From positions 62,001 through 126,000 of the IMG/VR virus record IMGVR_UViG_3300029983_000007: a DNA stretch of 64,000 bases. One strand, 5' to 3'. Position numbers and translations under genes: made by a program. The notes under the pieces were generated by a model. The model had not been told where the DNA came from. It did no database searches and was given only the letters and a program-made list of their open reading frames with translations. Of this stretch, positions 18,507 to 27,543 are shown in pieces. Position 1 is the first letter of the stretch. Every line of letters begins with the position of its first letter.

Positions 18507-18807
18507 AATAATGAGTTTTTGATTTAAGAATGTTCAAAATATGAGTATCAATATCTGTGTGTTTGGTTTTACTGACAATGTTAGCACAAAAAAAGAAATC
18601 TTCTTTAAAATACCATAACCATGATTTTCTATTACCCCAGTAACACACACAATAAAATCTATCATCATTCCCACATTCAGATAGTTTAATAGTTAACATG
18701 GTATAATAACTATTTTTTATAGGCATAAAAAAATGATGATTAATACTATCATATTCAAACTTATCAAAGTTTTTTAGTATGAAATCTTTACATTTTGATT
18801 TTCTCAT
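18487..18807 (-). CDS. paralog of 17566..17982 lacking N-terminal TM
   Basis: WGNRKSWLW motif. Confidence 0.65.
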   Translation of the reverse strand: MRKSKCKDFILKNFDKFEYDSINHHFFMPIKNSYYTMLTIKLSECGNDDRFYCVCYWGNRKSWLWYFKEDFFFCANIVSKTKHTDIDTHILNILKSKTHYYETNSK

Positions 18808-19178
18808 GATTCAATTTTTAAATCACCAAAAATATCTTTATTGTCATTCACCATCTCTTGTAGCTGTTTTGATCTTGGTGCCATTTTAAATACATTTAAA
18901 TAAAGTTGAGCAACATCATTTAAATCTATTATGATCAAGTGAGTATATAACAAGTCGATTGTCATTTCTTCTATGTTCCAACCTTCTTTTTCCCTAATAC
19001 CATCAGATAATTCTTCAATTAATGCAAAATCTCCACAGATTAACTTAATTAATCTTGAAACTTCAGAATTATACTTTTTTTCTTTGTGACATATTGTAAT
19101 TACTTTATCAGATTTTTTTCTAATTTTTTTCAATATTTCCTCAAAATTACCAAGTGGCTTTATATCTTCTATTTTCAT
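18804..19178 (-). CDS. hypothetical protein
   Basis: 4-nt overlaps. Confidence 0.6.
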   Translation of the reverse strand: MKIEDIKPLGNFEEILKKIRKKSDKVITICHKEKKYNSEVSRLIKLICGDFALIEELSDGIREKEGWNIEEMTIDLLYTHLIIIDLNDVAQLYLNVFKMAPRSKQLQEMVNDNKDIFGDLKIES

Positions 19179-19411
19179 ATCTTAGATTCTTCTTTTGTCT
19201 TTTTTAATTCTATTTCTTTGAATTTCTTCTTTGTTTCTTCAATGTTTTTATTCATTTTTCTGATAATTGAACGAATTTCATCTTCTCTTTGTTCAGCTAA
19301 ACTATCTTCACTCCATTGTTCGTACCTAAAATGATATTTTGGATGATAAATTTTAGCAATACTATTCAATGCTTCACTTTTATACTGTCGTATGATTTCA
19401 TTTTTTGTCAT
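19175..19411 (-). CDS. hypothetical protein, tandem paralog A
   Basis: EALNSIAKIYHPKY...EQRE. Confidence 0.65.
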   Translation of the reverse strand: MTKNEIIRQYKSEALNSIAKIYHPKYHFRYEQWSEDSLAEQREDEIRSIIRKMNKNIEETKKKFKEIELKKTKEESKI

Positions 19412-19449
19412 TGCCTTATAATTTAGATTGTTTTATATTTTCTCTTTGT

Positions 19450-19656
19450 TTACTCAATGTCTTTATGCATCTGTTCAATGATAGAACTTATTTTATGCTC
19501 CCTTTGTTCAGAACAACTTACATCATCACCAAAGTCATAGTAATCTCCTATATCATCCCTGTCATAGTAGTCAAACTTATATTTTGGATTATAAATTTTC
19601 GCAATATTATTCAATGCCTCATTTCTAATTTGTTGTAATATTTGATCTCTTGTCAT
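19450..19656 (-). CDS. tandem paralog B, prematurely terminated
   Basis: EALNNIAKIYNPKY...EQRE; reads KDIE*TKRKYKTI vs KNIEETKKKFKEI in paralog A. Confidence 0.6.
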   Translation of the reverse strand: MTRDQILQQIRNEALNNIAKIYNPKYKFDYYDRDDIGDYYDFGDDVSCSEQREHKISSIIEQMHKDIE

Positions 19657-19676
19657 TGAATTATATTTTAGAATGT

Positions 19677-19856
19677 TTATTCATTAAGTCCAGATAGTTC
19701 AATAACAATATCTTCTTTTAATTTACCAGTACAAATTGCAAGAACCTCACTAATTTCAAAAATTGAAATTTGGTTTTCAACGTCTGCTTGATTTTTGTTT
19801 GATCTAACAAATGCTCTTGCATTATTAATCATCATTTGATAATAAGGATTTTCCAT
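19677..19856 (-). CDS. hypothetical 59-aa protein
   Basis: MENPYYQMMINNARAFVRSN...; below track cut-off. Confidence 0.55.
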   Translation of the reverse strand: MENPYYQMMINNARAFVRSNKNQADVENQISIFEISEVLAICTGKLKEDIVIELSGLNE

Positions 19857-19857
19857 T

Positions 19858-20064
19858 TTATTTAGTTTTTATTGATAATTCATTAACTATAGTATTCATG
19901 TCCTCAACTATTGGAACAATCTTGGCTCTTACTTCTTCTGATAGAATATAGTCCTTTACAAATAACAATTGGCACGAAATAGAGTCAAACTCATTCTTCA
20001 ATTTGTTTAGTTCCTCAGATATTTTTCTGTACTTTTCTTTTTGATCTGGATTAAGCTGTTTCAT
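19858..20064 (-). CDS. hypothetical coiled-coil protein (start MKQLN)
   Basis: TATCTTTG promoter element at 20090-20097 lies upstream of this ATG. Confidence 0.55.
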   Translation of the reverse strand: MKQLNPDQKEKYRKISEELNKLKNEFDSISCQLLFVKDYILSEEVRAKIVPIVEDMNTIVNELSIKTK

Positions 20065-20107
20065 TTTATTTAGTTTTATAATTATGATACAAAGATACAA
20101 CTATTTT

Positions 20108-20410
20108 TTATGATTCAAGTAAAATATTATTATTTTTTGTGATTTTTTGTGATTCTTCTATTTGTTTTAATTTTACTTTCCTTTCTTCTTTCTCAGAATA
20201 AAAAAATCTATTAAAATTAGGAAGTTCTTCATAATCTTTTTCTAATGAGAAACAATAATAAGTATATCGATTATTTTCATTAATATTACGCATCTCAACA
20301 AAATATCTAAATAACTCATTCATAACATAATAATTACCTCTAACGAAATCATATATTGATTCTTTACAACAATATTTCCTTTTTGTGTTTTTAATTCTAC
20401 TATCCAACAT
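20108..20410 (-). CDS. RxxKL-tail protein, paralog of 20400..20648
   Basis: KYCCKESIY...FYSEKEERKVKLKQI. Confidence 0.65.
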   Translation of the reverse strand: MLDSRIKNTKRKYCCKESIYDFVRGNYYVMNELFRYFVEMRNINENNRYTYYCFSLEKDYEELPNFNRFFYSEKEERKVKLKQIEESQKITKNNNILLES

Positions 20411-20648
20411 TATTGAGGCTTTCTAATTTTAACATTCTTTCTTCTTTTTCACTGTAAAAATAATCATAAAAATAAAAATAGTAAGTTGTATATTTAAATA
20501 TACAGAAAATTTCATCAAACTCTATTCCATCCACTATCAAACGTAATATAACATCACTGTTGCTACACCAAGTTGTGTAATAACTATGCCCTTTTTCAAA
20601 TCTATATATTGACTTCTTACAAAGATACTTTGTACCTATTTTCAACAT
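20400..20648 (-). CDS. KIG-type RxxKL-tail protein
   Basis: MLKIGTKYLCKKSIY...FYSEKEERMLKLESL. Confidence 0.65.
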   Translation of the reverse strand: MLKIGTKYLCKKSIYRFEKGHSYYTTWCSNSDVILRLIVDGIEFDEIFCIFKYTTYYFYFYDYFYSEKEERMLKLESLNNVG

Positions 20649-20663
20649 TGTTTATATTTTTTA

Positions 20664-20693
20664 CAAAGATAATAAAAATATTTTATATGACAA
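20664..20693 (-). promoter_or_regulatory. Bacteroidota-type promoter
   Basis: TTG-N19-TATCTTTG. Confidence 0.7.
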
Positions 20694-20814
20694 TTTTTTT
20701 ATATAAGAGAAATAAAAAAATTAAATATGAAATATGCAAAAATATTTGAATTGTATCATGAGTATGATATAAATTATGTGGGTACTCGTGGTGGCTCTCC
20801 TAATAATAAAAAAT

Positions 20815-20848
20815 AAAAAAAAGTCAGAATAATTATTCTGACTTTTTT
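20815..20848. terminator. Intrinsic terminator after dnaK
   Basis: Same palindrome as 15173-15206. Confidence 0.8.
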
Positions 20849-20867
20849 ATGTTAATTATGTTAAATA

Positions 20868-22742
20868 TTATTTTATTTCCTCAAAATCCACGTCTGTTAC
20901 ATTTTCAGAATCATCTTTTTTGTCAGATGAATTGCTTTCATTCGTTGACTGATTTTTTGATTCTTCATAAAGTTTACCACTAATGTTTTGCCAAACATCA
21001 TTAAGTTCTTTGGTGTATTTATCAATATTATCAACATTTTGAGTTTTGTGAGCTTCTTTAAGATTATCAAGTTTAGAATTCAATTCAGTTTTGTTTTCTT
21101 CATTCAATTTATCACCAAATTCTTCAATTTGTTTTTCAGTTTGAAAAATCATTGAGTCAGCTTGATTCAACTTATCAACTTTTTCTTTTTCTTTCTTATC
21201 AGCATCAGAATTTTGTTCAGCTTCCATTTTCATTCTTTCAATCTCTTCTTTTGTTAGAGATGAATTACCTTCAATCCTAATGTCATTCTTTTTTCCTGTT
21301 GCTTTATCAACTGCAGTAACTGTCAAAATATTATTTGCATCAATTGAAAACGAAATTTCTATTTGCGGTACTCCTCGTCTGGCTGGCATAATTCCATCTA
21401 AATTAAAAGTTCCCAACATTTTATTATCCTTAAACATACTTCTATTTCCAGTTGAAACATTAATCTGAACACCAGGCTGATTGTCAGTGGCTGTACTGAA
21501 TATTTGTGTCTTAGTTGTAGGAATTGTTGTATTAGCCTCTACCATGACACTGGCTACACCGCCCATACTCTCCAGTGAGAAGTTTAAAGCTGTAACATCG
21601 AGTAATAAGATGTCAGTTGTATCACCAGCAAGAACAGATGCTTGTATAGCTGCACCTGATGCAATTGCAGTATCAGGATTAAGTGACTTATTCGCTTTCT
21701 TACCAAAATATTTTTCAATACTTTCTGACAAATATGGAATTCTAGTGCTACCTCCAACAAGTACAATTTCGTCAATATCTGAAACTTTCTTACCACTTTT
21801 ATTCATTGATGATTGAATCAATGATATTGTTTTATCAACATAGAATTGAATCAATTGTTCAAATTTAGATCTTGTTAATTTTTGAACCAAATGTTTAGGT
21901 TGTCCATCTACAGCAGTGATGTATGGTAAATTTATTTCTGTTTGTGTAGTATTAGACAATTCTATTTTTGCTTTTTCTGATGCTTCTGTAACACGTTGTA
22001 GAGCCATTGGATCTTTACGAATATCAACGCCTGTTTCTTTTAAAAATTCATCAGATATAAAATTCACAAGTGCGTCATCAATTAAATTACCACCTAAATC
22101 TAAATCACCATCAGTTCCAATAACTTCAAATAATCCGTCCTCTATATCTAAAACTGAAAAATCACTTGTACACCCACCACTATCAACTATCATATAAAGT
22201 TTACCAGTTTTATCTTTAATATTTAATGATGCTGCTGTTGGTTCAGATATAATTCTATCAACAGTAAATCCTGCTATTTCACCTGCAACTTTTGTACTGC
22301 TTCTTTCATCTGAATTGAAATATGCTGGAGTTGTTATGACCGCATTGGTTACATTTGTTCCAAGGTAATCTTCTGCTGTTTTTTTCATTTTTTGAAGGAT
22401 CATTGCAGAAATTTCTTCTGGTGAATATATTCTTTCACCAATTTTTACACCAGCCTTACCATTATTATCAACTATATCATAAGGACGTTTAAGATGTTTA
22501 ACTTCCTCATAAGTTCTACCAATAAGTCTTTTGATATTAAAAATTGTGTTTTTTGGATTTAATGCTGCTTGTCTTTTTGCAGATTCACCAACTTTAATTT
22601 CTCCTGTTTTTTCATCAAATGATACAATTGAAGGAGTTGATAGCGATCCTTCTGAATTAGGTATGACAATTGTTTGTCCACCTTCTACTATAGATACGGC
22701 TGAATTGTATGAACCTAAATCTATTCCAATAATTTTTCCCAT
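20868..22742 (-). CDS. dnaK: Hsp70 chaperone DnaK
   Basis: IIGIDLG, TPAYF, LVGGSTRIP, GVPQIEISF, C-terminal DVDFEEIK. Confidence 0.97.
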   Translation of the reverse strand: MGKIIGIDLGSYNSAVSIVEGGQTIVIPNSEGSLSTPSIVSFDEKTGEIKVGESAKRQAALNPKNTIFNIKRLIGRTYEEVKHLKRPYDIVDNNGKAGVKIGERIYSPEEISAMILQKMKKTAEDYLGTNVTNAVITTPAYFNSDERSSTKVAGEIAGFTVDRIISEPTAASLNIKDKTGKLYMIVDSGGCTSDFSVLDIEDGLFEVIGTDGDLDLGGNLIDDALVNFISDEFLKETGVDIRKDPMALQRVTEASEKAKIELSNTTQTEINLPYITAVDGQPKHLVQKLTRSKFEQLIQFYVDKTISLIQSSMNKSGKKVSDIDEIVLVGGSTRIPYLSESIEKYFGKKANKSLNPDTAIASGAAIQASVLAGDTTDILLLDVTALNFSLESMGGVASVMVEANTTIPTTKTQIFSTATDNQPGVQINVSTGNRSMFKDNKMLGTFNLDGIMPARRGVPQIEISFSIDANNILTVTAVDKATGKKNDIRIEGNSSLTKEEIERMKMEAEQNSDADKKEKEKVDKLNQADSMIFQTEKQIEEFGDKLNEENKTELNSKLDNLKEAHKTQNVDNIDKYTKELNDVWQNISGKLYEESKNQSTNESNSSDKKDDSENVTDVDFEEIK

Positions 22743-22760
22743 AATTTTTTAATTTATTTT

Positions 22761-22994
22761 TTATTTTTTATTAATTTTTATTAATTGTAATTTTCTATAT
22801 TCTTTTAGTGATATGAATCTGTTAGCATCAAATCTACCTTTTATATTAGTTAATCCTACACTATTAACATTATAACTATAACAATACTCATCTATGACAT
22901 ACGTAGAATATTTTTTTAAATTCTTATATGGTTCAAAAGTAGTAGCATCATCACCATCATCAATACAAACAACTATATCTCCTATTTTAAACAT
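22761..22994 (-). CDS. KIGD-type RxxKL-tail protein
   Basis: MFKIGDIVVCIDD...RFISLKEYRKLQLIKI. Confidence 0.7.
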   Translation of the reverse strand: MFKIGDIVVCIDDGDDATTFEPYKNLKKYSTYVIDEYCYSYNVNSVGLTNIKGRFDANRFISLKEYRKLQLIKINKK

Positions 22995-23019
22995 ATAATA
23001 TTTAATTACTTATTATTAA

Positions 23020-23084
23020 TCAATAGTCATGCCAAAACAATGATAGTGTCATTGAGTCATAATATATGACAAATTGACACTATC
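23020..23084 (-). promoter_or_regulatory. Putative sigma54-like promoter with upstream TGTCA/TGACA inverted repeat
   Basis: TGGCATG-ACTA-TTGA at 23034-23020; GATAGTGTCA...TGACACTATC at 23042-23084. Confidence 0.5.
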
Positions 23085-23093
23085 TTTATTTTT

Positions 23094-23372
23094 TTAACTG
23101 TCAAACACGATCATCATTTTATTTATCCAAGGATGTGCTTCAAAAAAAGCTAATATCCAATAATATGCTTCTGGATCATAATCATCTTTATTTTCTTCAA
23201 TTAATTCTGATTTTCTCCAATGAGATTTACCTTCGACTGATGATATATGATGTTCTCTTATATAATCACAACATTTGTTCCATTCCATATTAGAATTTAT
23301 TGTTATAAATTCTATAATATCACATTCATCCACATAATGTATCTGTTGAGTTTCGTCTAATACTTGTTTCAT
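23094..23372 (-). CDS. hypothetical protein
   Basis: 92 aa ORF. Confidence 0.6.
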   Translation of the reverse strand: MKQVLDETQQIHYVDECDIIEFITINSNMEWNKCCDYIREHHISSVEGKSHWRKSELIEENKDDYDPEAYYWILAFFEAHPWINKMMIVFDS

Positions 23373-23381
23373 ATTTTATAT

Positions 23382-23564
23382 TTAATAATACCAACAATTT
23401 AAACAAGCTTCAACATTATCATCAATTTGAACTAATGATTCTAAATCTTGACTTCCATGTGGAAAATCCTCATTGCTTGAAATCTTTTCTCTCAAATCAT
23501 CAATATGTTTTAATAGATTTTCTCTAAGAGTTACTTCATATTTTTTTCTATCTTCTTCTGTCAT
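23382..23564 (-). CDS. hypothetical protein
   Basis: 60 aa; promoter directly upstream. Confidence 0.6.
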   Translation of the reverse strand: MTEEDRKKYEVTLRENLLKHIDDLREKISSNEDFPHGSQDLESLVQIDDNVEACLNCWYY

Positions 23565-23578
23565 TTTTATATTTTGTG

Positions 23579-23610
23579 CAAAGATAATAAAAATATTTGT
23601 ATCTTACAAA
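23579..23610 (-). promoter_or_regulatory. Bacteroidota-type promoter
   Basis: TTTG-N20-TATCTTTG. Confidence 0.7.
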
Positions 23611-23617
23611 TTTTCGC

Positions 23618-23653
23618 AAAAAAAGGATGAAAATAATTTTTTCATCCTTTTTT
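23618..23653. terminator. Intrinsic terminator after rtcB
   Basis: AAAAAAGGATGAAAA...TTTTCATCCTTTTTT. Confidence 0.75.
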
Positions 23654-23655
23654 AA

Positions 23656-24528
23656 TTAAAACTTTTTCATTTTTTGGTAAGAAATTTCATTTCTTTCGTT
23701 ACTACGTTGCTTATCTTTCTTTTTTTGTTCTTTCTTGTCCTTCCAAGATGTACCTTCAGATTTATCTTTGATATTTAAGATTGGTTTGATTTTATCAAGA
23801 ATCAAAGCAGTAGGTCCAATTGCTTTTTCAATCATTTCAGAGTTTTTGTAAGCAAATGGTGATTCATCAATTGTACTTTTACATACAGAAGTTGAATATA
23901 TACCTTTCATTACTCTCTGAAAGTCTTTTAAATCAACTGACTCTTTTGCTTTTGATCTTGACATCAAACGACCAGAACCATGTGGAGCTGAGTTATTCCA
24001 ATCTTCATTTGATTTACCTTCACATATAAGTATTCCATCTCTCATATTGAATGGTATAATCATTTTTTCTCCAACATATGAAGATATAGCACCTTTTCTT
24101 ATGATAAAGTCTTTGAAATCCACATAGTTATGTATTGAATGAATTTCTTCATCAAATTTTTTGATATTCAATGCTTTTTTTATCAAAGACAACATAGTTT
24201 TTCTGCTCCATAGAGCATATTGTTGAGCAAAAATCATATCAAATAGATAACCAATAAGATATTCTCCGTCTAAATATTCTTTGCCAATATTAAGACTGTA
24301 TCTTGTTCTCAATTCTTTTATTTTTTTATCAATATCAGATTTTGGATAAGTATTCATAGTAATGTCATCCAATTCCATGTTATATTCTTTGGTTGCAACA
24401 AATACTTTACCATTTGCTACTTTAGTCCAGTGTTCAGCTATTTTCAAACCAAAGTTTCTTGAGCCAGAGTGAACTGTTACCCAATAATCATTAGTCTTAT
24501 CTGACTTACCAAGTTCAATAAAGTGATT
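23656..24528 (-). CDS. rtcB: RtcB RNA ligase, 3' exon
   Basis: NHFIE, VHSGSRNFG, HNY, RKGA, SAPHGSGR, IDESPFAYK. Confidence 0.93.
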   Translation of the reverse strand, partial: NHFIELGKSDKTNDYWVTVHSGSRNFGLKIAEHWTKVANGKVFVATKEYNMELDDITMNTYPKSDIDKKIKELRTRYSLNIGKEYLDGEYLIGYLFDMIFAQQYALWSRKTMLSLIKKALNIKKFDEEIHSIHNYVDFKDFIIRKGAISSYVGEKMIIPFNMRDGILICEGKSNEDWNNSAPHGSGRLMSRSKAKESVDLKDFQRVMKGIYSTSVCKSTIDESPFAYKNSEMIEKAIGPTALILDKIKPILNIKDKSEGTSWKDKKEQKKKDKQRSNERNEISYQKMKKF

Positions 24529-25622
24529 CAATTTTGTTACTATTATTTTAATTTCAATCTAAATAACCTCATTTTTATAGATTGCTTTGTTCTTTTAAGA
24601 TTTTCTATTGATTCAGATATATCATTATTTATAATATAATTATCTTCATAGTCTGTCCATATTTTACGTTCAAAATCTATTTTTTTGATATTAATTGGTC
24701 TTTCCCAATTTAATATTTTTTGAGCAGAATCATATTTTCTATTTATACTCATACAATCTTTATAATATAATATTTCAATTATTTTTTGAGAATTTTCATT
24801 CATCACCATTATATTATATAAGTTATCTCTTTTATTTTTATTTGTTATTTTTTTATATCCAATAATGTTAGATAAAAAAACAACAAATTGTTCAGCAAGT
24901 TTACTAGAACATGTAACTAAAGATATGAAAGGTAATCCTTTTTTTGTAAATCCTAATGATCCATCGCCATCTATAACTCCTCTCCAGTAATCAATTTCTA
25001 TTATATTATCTGGTTTCTGAATTGTGTGTGATTTTTTACCAACAGGTAAATACTTTTTAAATTCATTTCTTGTTTCTAATTCAAATATTTTTAATGCTGA
25101 TGTATTTGAAATATATTTGTATTCTTTAATATTAATATTTCTTGTTCTTTCAGTTATTGAAACATTACAATTAAGAATAGATTTTATATATTTTAATATA
25201 TTATCATCACTTTTATTTATTTCAAGTGTGATTCTTCCTCTATTTCTAGTTGATTCGTATAAATTACCATCAGTTTGTAATAAACCTATAATGTATGCAT
25301 GTTTCTTATTTAAAATGTCTATTTTCATAATGTGTTTTTATTTGTATATATAATTTCACTTTATTGAAAATTTACATTTCATTGAAATTGTAATAACGAG
25401 ATAGACATTTCTGCTATCTTCAATATCTTCTTATTAAATATTGTTCAGAATGTACCTTTTACCTTTGTGTATTACAGTGAGATAAAACAAGTCCCTCCAT
25501 TCGTTACAGGGTGTTATCTAAAATGACAGAGCACTTCCCTCGGTATTAGCATCACAGCCGTCCACCGATTTGGACGATTTTAACTACTATTAGCTATTAA
25601 CTAATACGGTGGCAATCAATTC
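24529..25622 (-). mobile_element. Group I intron in rtcB carrying a LAGLIDADG endonuclease
   Basis: Interrupts GGG|NHF; exon GGTGGT pairs with IGS GCCACC (U.G at splice site); TGATT/AATCA P10; AAATCGGT/ATACCGAG P4; GAATG/CATTC P7; terminal G. Confidence 0.9.
24543..25328 (-). CDS. Intron-encoded double-motif LAGLIDADG homing endonuclease
   Basis: YIIGLLQTDGNL and YWRGVIDGDGSL; own late-type promoter at 25345-25353. Confidence 0.9.
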   Translation of the reverse strand: MKIDILNKKHAYIIGLLQTDGNLYESTRNRGRITLEINKSDDNILKYIKSILNCNVSITERTRNINIKEYKYISNTSALKIFELETRNEFKKYLPVGKKSHTIQKPDNIIEIDYWRGVIDGDGSLGFTKKGLPFISLVTCSSKLAEQFVVFLSNIIGYKKITNKNKRDNLYNIMVMNENSQKIIEILYYKDCMSINRKYDSAQKILNWERPINIKKIDFERKIWTDYEDNYIINNDISESIENLKRTKQSIKMRLFRLKLK

Positions 25623-26144
25623 ACCACCGCCTAACGTTCCAATTGATTTATAAAATTTACCTTCGTCAATACCTATATCTTTCAATTTTGATGTTAGCCA
25701 TTTTTCATTGTATGTAGGTGATTCATAAGAAGTTCCAAATTTTTCATTAAATTTTACAATGAAATTATCCGCAATTACTTGAACATCGCCAAACGGTATA
25801 TTTTTAAATTTAATATCTTCGTGCATACCAAATCCCATAGGAACATTTTCACGTATAAGATTGTCAATTTTCTCTAAATCTAATGAAGTCTTACCTGAAA
25901 AACTTGCGCTAAGCATCCCGCAGCCCAAATCTACTCCGATCGTCGACGGCTTAATGTATTTACCTAATTCTTGTGTATATCCGATTACGCATCCCGATCC
26001 AACATGTGTATCTGGCATTATTCTGATTTTCAATCCTTTAGATGTCTCAGAATTAATACTATCATATATTTGAGTATATACTCCTTCTTCAACTTCATCG
26101 ATAAATATTTTAGCGTCAGTATATTTACCTTTTAATTCAATCAT
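25623..26144 (-). CDS. rtcB: RtcB RNA ligase, 5' exon
   Basis: IMPDTHVG, IGVDLGCGM, SIGTLGGG; spliced product 464 aa. Confidence 0.93.
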
Positions 26145-26195
26145 AATTTACCTCCTTTTTTTAATTGATTTTAATTATTATTTTAATATATTTTG

Positions 26196-26226
26196 CAAAT
26201 GTACTACATTTATTTTGATTGACAAA
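26196..26226 (-). promoter_or_regulatory. Bacteroidota-type promoter for rtcB
   Basis: TTTG-N19-TACATTTG. Confidence 0.7.
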
Positions 26227-26467
26227 ATATTTCATTCAATTTATTTATTTTATTTATTTTATTCATTCTTAAAACTCTTTTACTAATGAAAAATGATCCA
26301 TAACTTATATAACATATAACTCCAGCATCTGTCATTATTGATATAGCTCCAAGCATTATTTCTAATACTTTATAATCTTTGCCTACTGAAATAAGGTGAT
26401 CATTTGTGTTATCAATTTTGATGCAAGTAACAATTTCACCAATTTTATATTTATTTATTTTTTTCAT
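26210..26467 (-). CDS. KIG-type RxxK-tail protein
   Basis: YKIGEIVTCI...VLRMNKINKI. Confidence 0.65.
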   Translation of the reverse strand: MKKINKYKIGEIVTCIKIDNTNDHLISVGKDYKVLEIMLGAISIMTDAGVICYISYGSFFISKRVLRMNKINKINKLNEIFCQSK

Positions 26468-26789
26468 TTATTTTATTAAGTTTCAATGTTCTATATTCTT
26501 TTACCCCAATGAATCTTTTCATATCAAAAACAGTATGTCCATGTATCTTTTCAACTTCATCTAATATATATGATGTGTTTTCATATGTACTACTGGTATT
26601 ATCAATTTTGTCTCCACAATTTCCATCATCTCCCCAATATGTATGAATTTCTTTAATTGTATAATATTTATACTTTTCTAATGGATTTATTTTATGATAT
26701 TCTAAAATACAAGAAGAATAATCATAAAATATTTCCTTTGAGTAAGGTTTATCATCAATACAAACCATAATATCACCTACTTTGTACAT
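26451..26789 (-). CDS. KVGD-type RxxKL-tail protein
   Basis: MYKVGDIMVCIDD...KEYRTLKLNKI. Confidence 0.7.
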   Translation of the reverse strand: MYKVGDIMVCIDDKPYSKEIFYDYSSCILEYHKINPLEKYKYYTIKEIHTYWGDDGNCGDKIDNTSSTYENTSYILDEVEKIHGHTVFDMKRFIGVKEYRTLKLNKINEKNK

Positions 26790-27017
26790 ATCTTATTAAG
26801 TTTTTCTAATTTCATTTTTCTATAATAAGAAGTTTTAATAAAATATGATGATTTAAACCATAATACAATATTTCTTGTTTCAATACGAATGTAGATTGAA
26901 TAAAAAAGATGATTTGTTGATTTTATTTTATATCTTTCTCATTTTTTTTAGATATTCACGAGAAAGGTAATCTCCATCATCATTAATAAAAGTAACAGAA
27001 TCACCTACTTTGAACAT
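26777..27017 (-). pseudogene. Disrupted KVGD-type RxxKL-tail gene
   Basis: MFKVGDSVTFINDD...; break at A8 run near 26942-26949; resumes to YYRKMKLEKLNKICTK. Confidence 0.65.
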
Positions 27018-27274
27018 ATTTTATTGAGTTTTTCTAATTTCATTTTTCTAATTGATTGATCATCTGTGAAAAATTCTATCGGTATAAATTGGGAAAATCT
27101 TTTTGTGTCAGTTTTTATACAAATTTTATTAAAAAAATGATAATCTAAATCATTGATTTTATATTTTTTGCCTATTGTTAAATGTTGTTCCCAGTAATCA
27201 TCATTGTCATATTTTACGCAAGTAACAACTTGTCCAATTTTAAAATCTTGATAAGTCAATTCTTTATTTTGCAT
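27005..27274 (-). CDS. KIG-type RxxKL-tail protein
   Basis: FKIGQVVTCV...SIRKMKLEKLNKICSK. Confidence 0.7.
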   Translation of the reverse strand: MQNKELTYQDFKIGQVVTCVKYDNDDYWEQHLTIGKKYKINDLDYHFFNKICIKTDTKRFSQFIPIEFFTDDQSIRKMKLEKLNKICSK

Positions 27275-27543
27275 AATTTATTGAGTTTTATTTTTCTTAA
27301 AATTGAAATCAATTCTCTTTCAGTTATAAAATGATTACTTATTGATTGTCTGCATATATTTCCATTGATATTAGATTTAATAATTATTCCATATTTTGAA
27401 TTATTATTGTTATAACTTATTGAAAGTATATCTACATCATGTGAAATATTTAAATTAAATTTTTTGTTATAATATTGTCTTAATTCTCTTAATAAGAGTA
27501 AATATGATTTAATGTCTAAGTTTGAAACTATATTGTCTGACAT
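27256..27543 (-). CDS. RxxKL-tail protein
   Basis: ends ILRKIKLNKLCKIKN. Confidence 0.6.
   Translation of the reverse strand: MSDNIVSNLDIKSYLLLLRELRQYYNKKFNLNISHDVDILSISYNNNNSKYGIIIKSNINGNICRQSISNHFITERELISILRKIKLNKLCKIKN

Noticed and set aside
21280-22752. Several overlapping short ORFs inside dnaK
   Set aside because: Shadow frames of a conserved gene with no independent signals.
25590-25622. Track ORF tail ELIATVLVNS and the TTG start at 24531 as real protein ends
   Set aside because: Both are read-through into intron sequence; the true junction is GGG|NHF.
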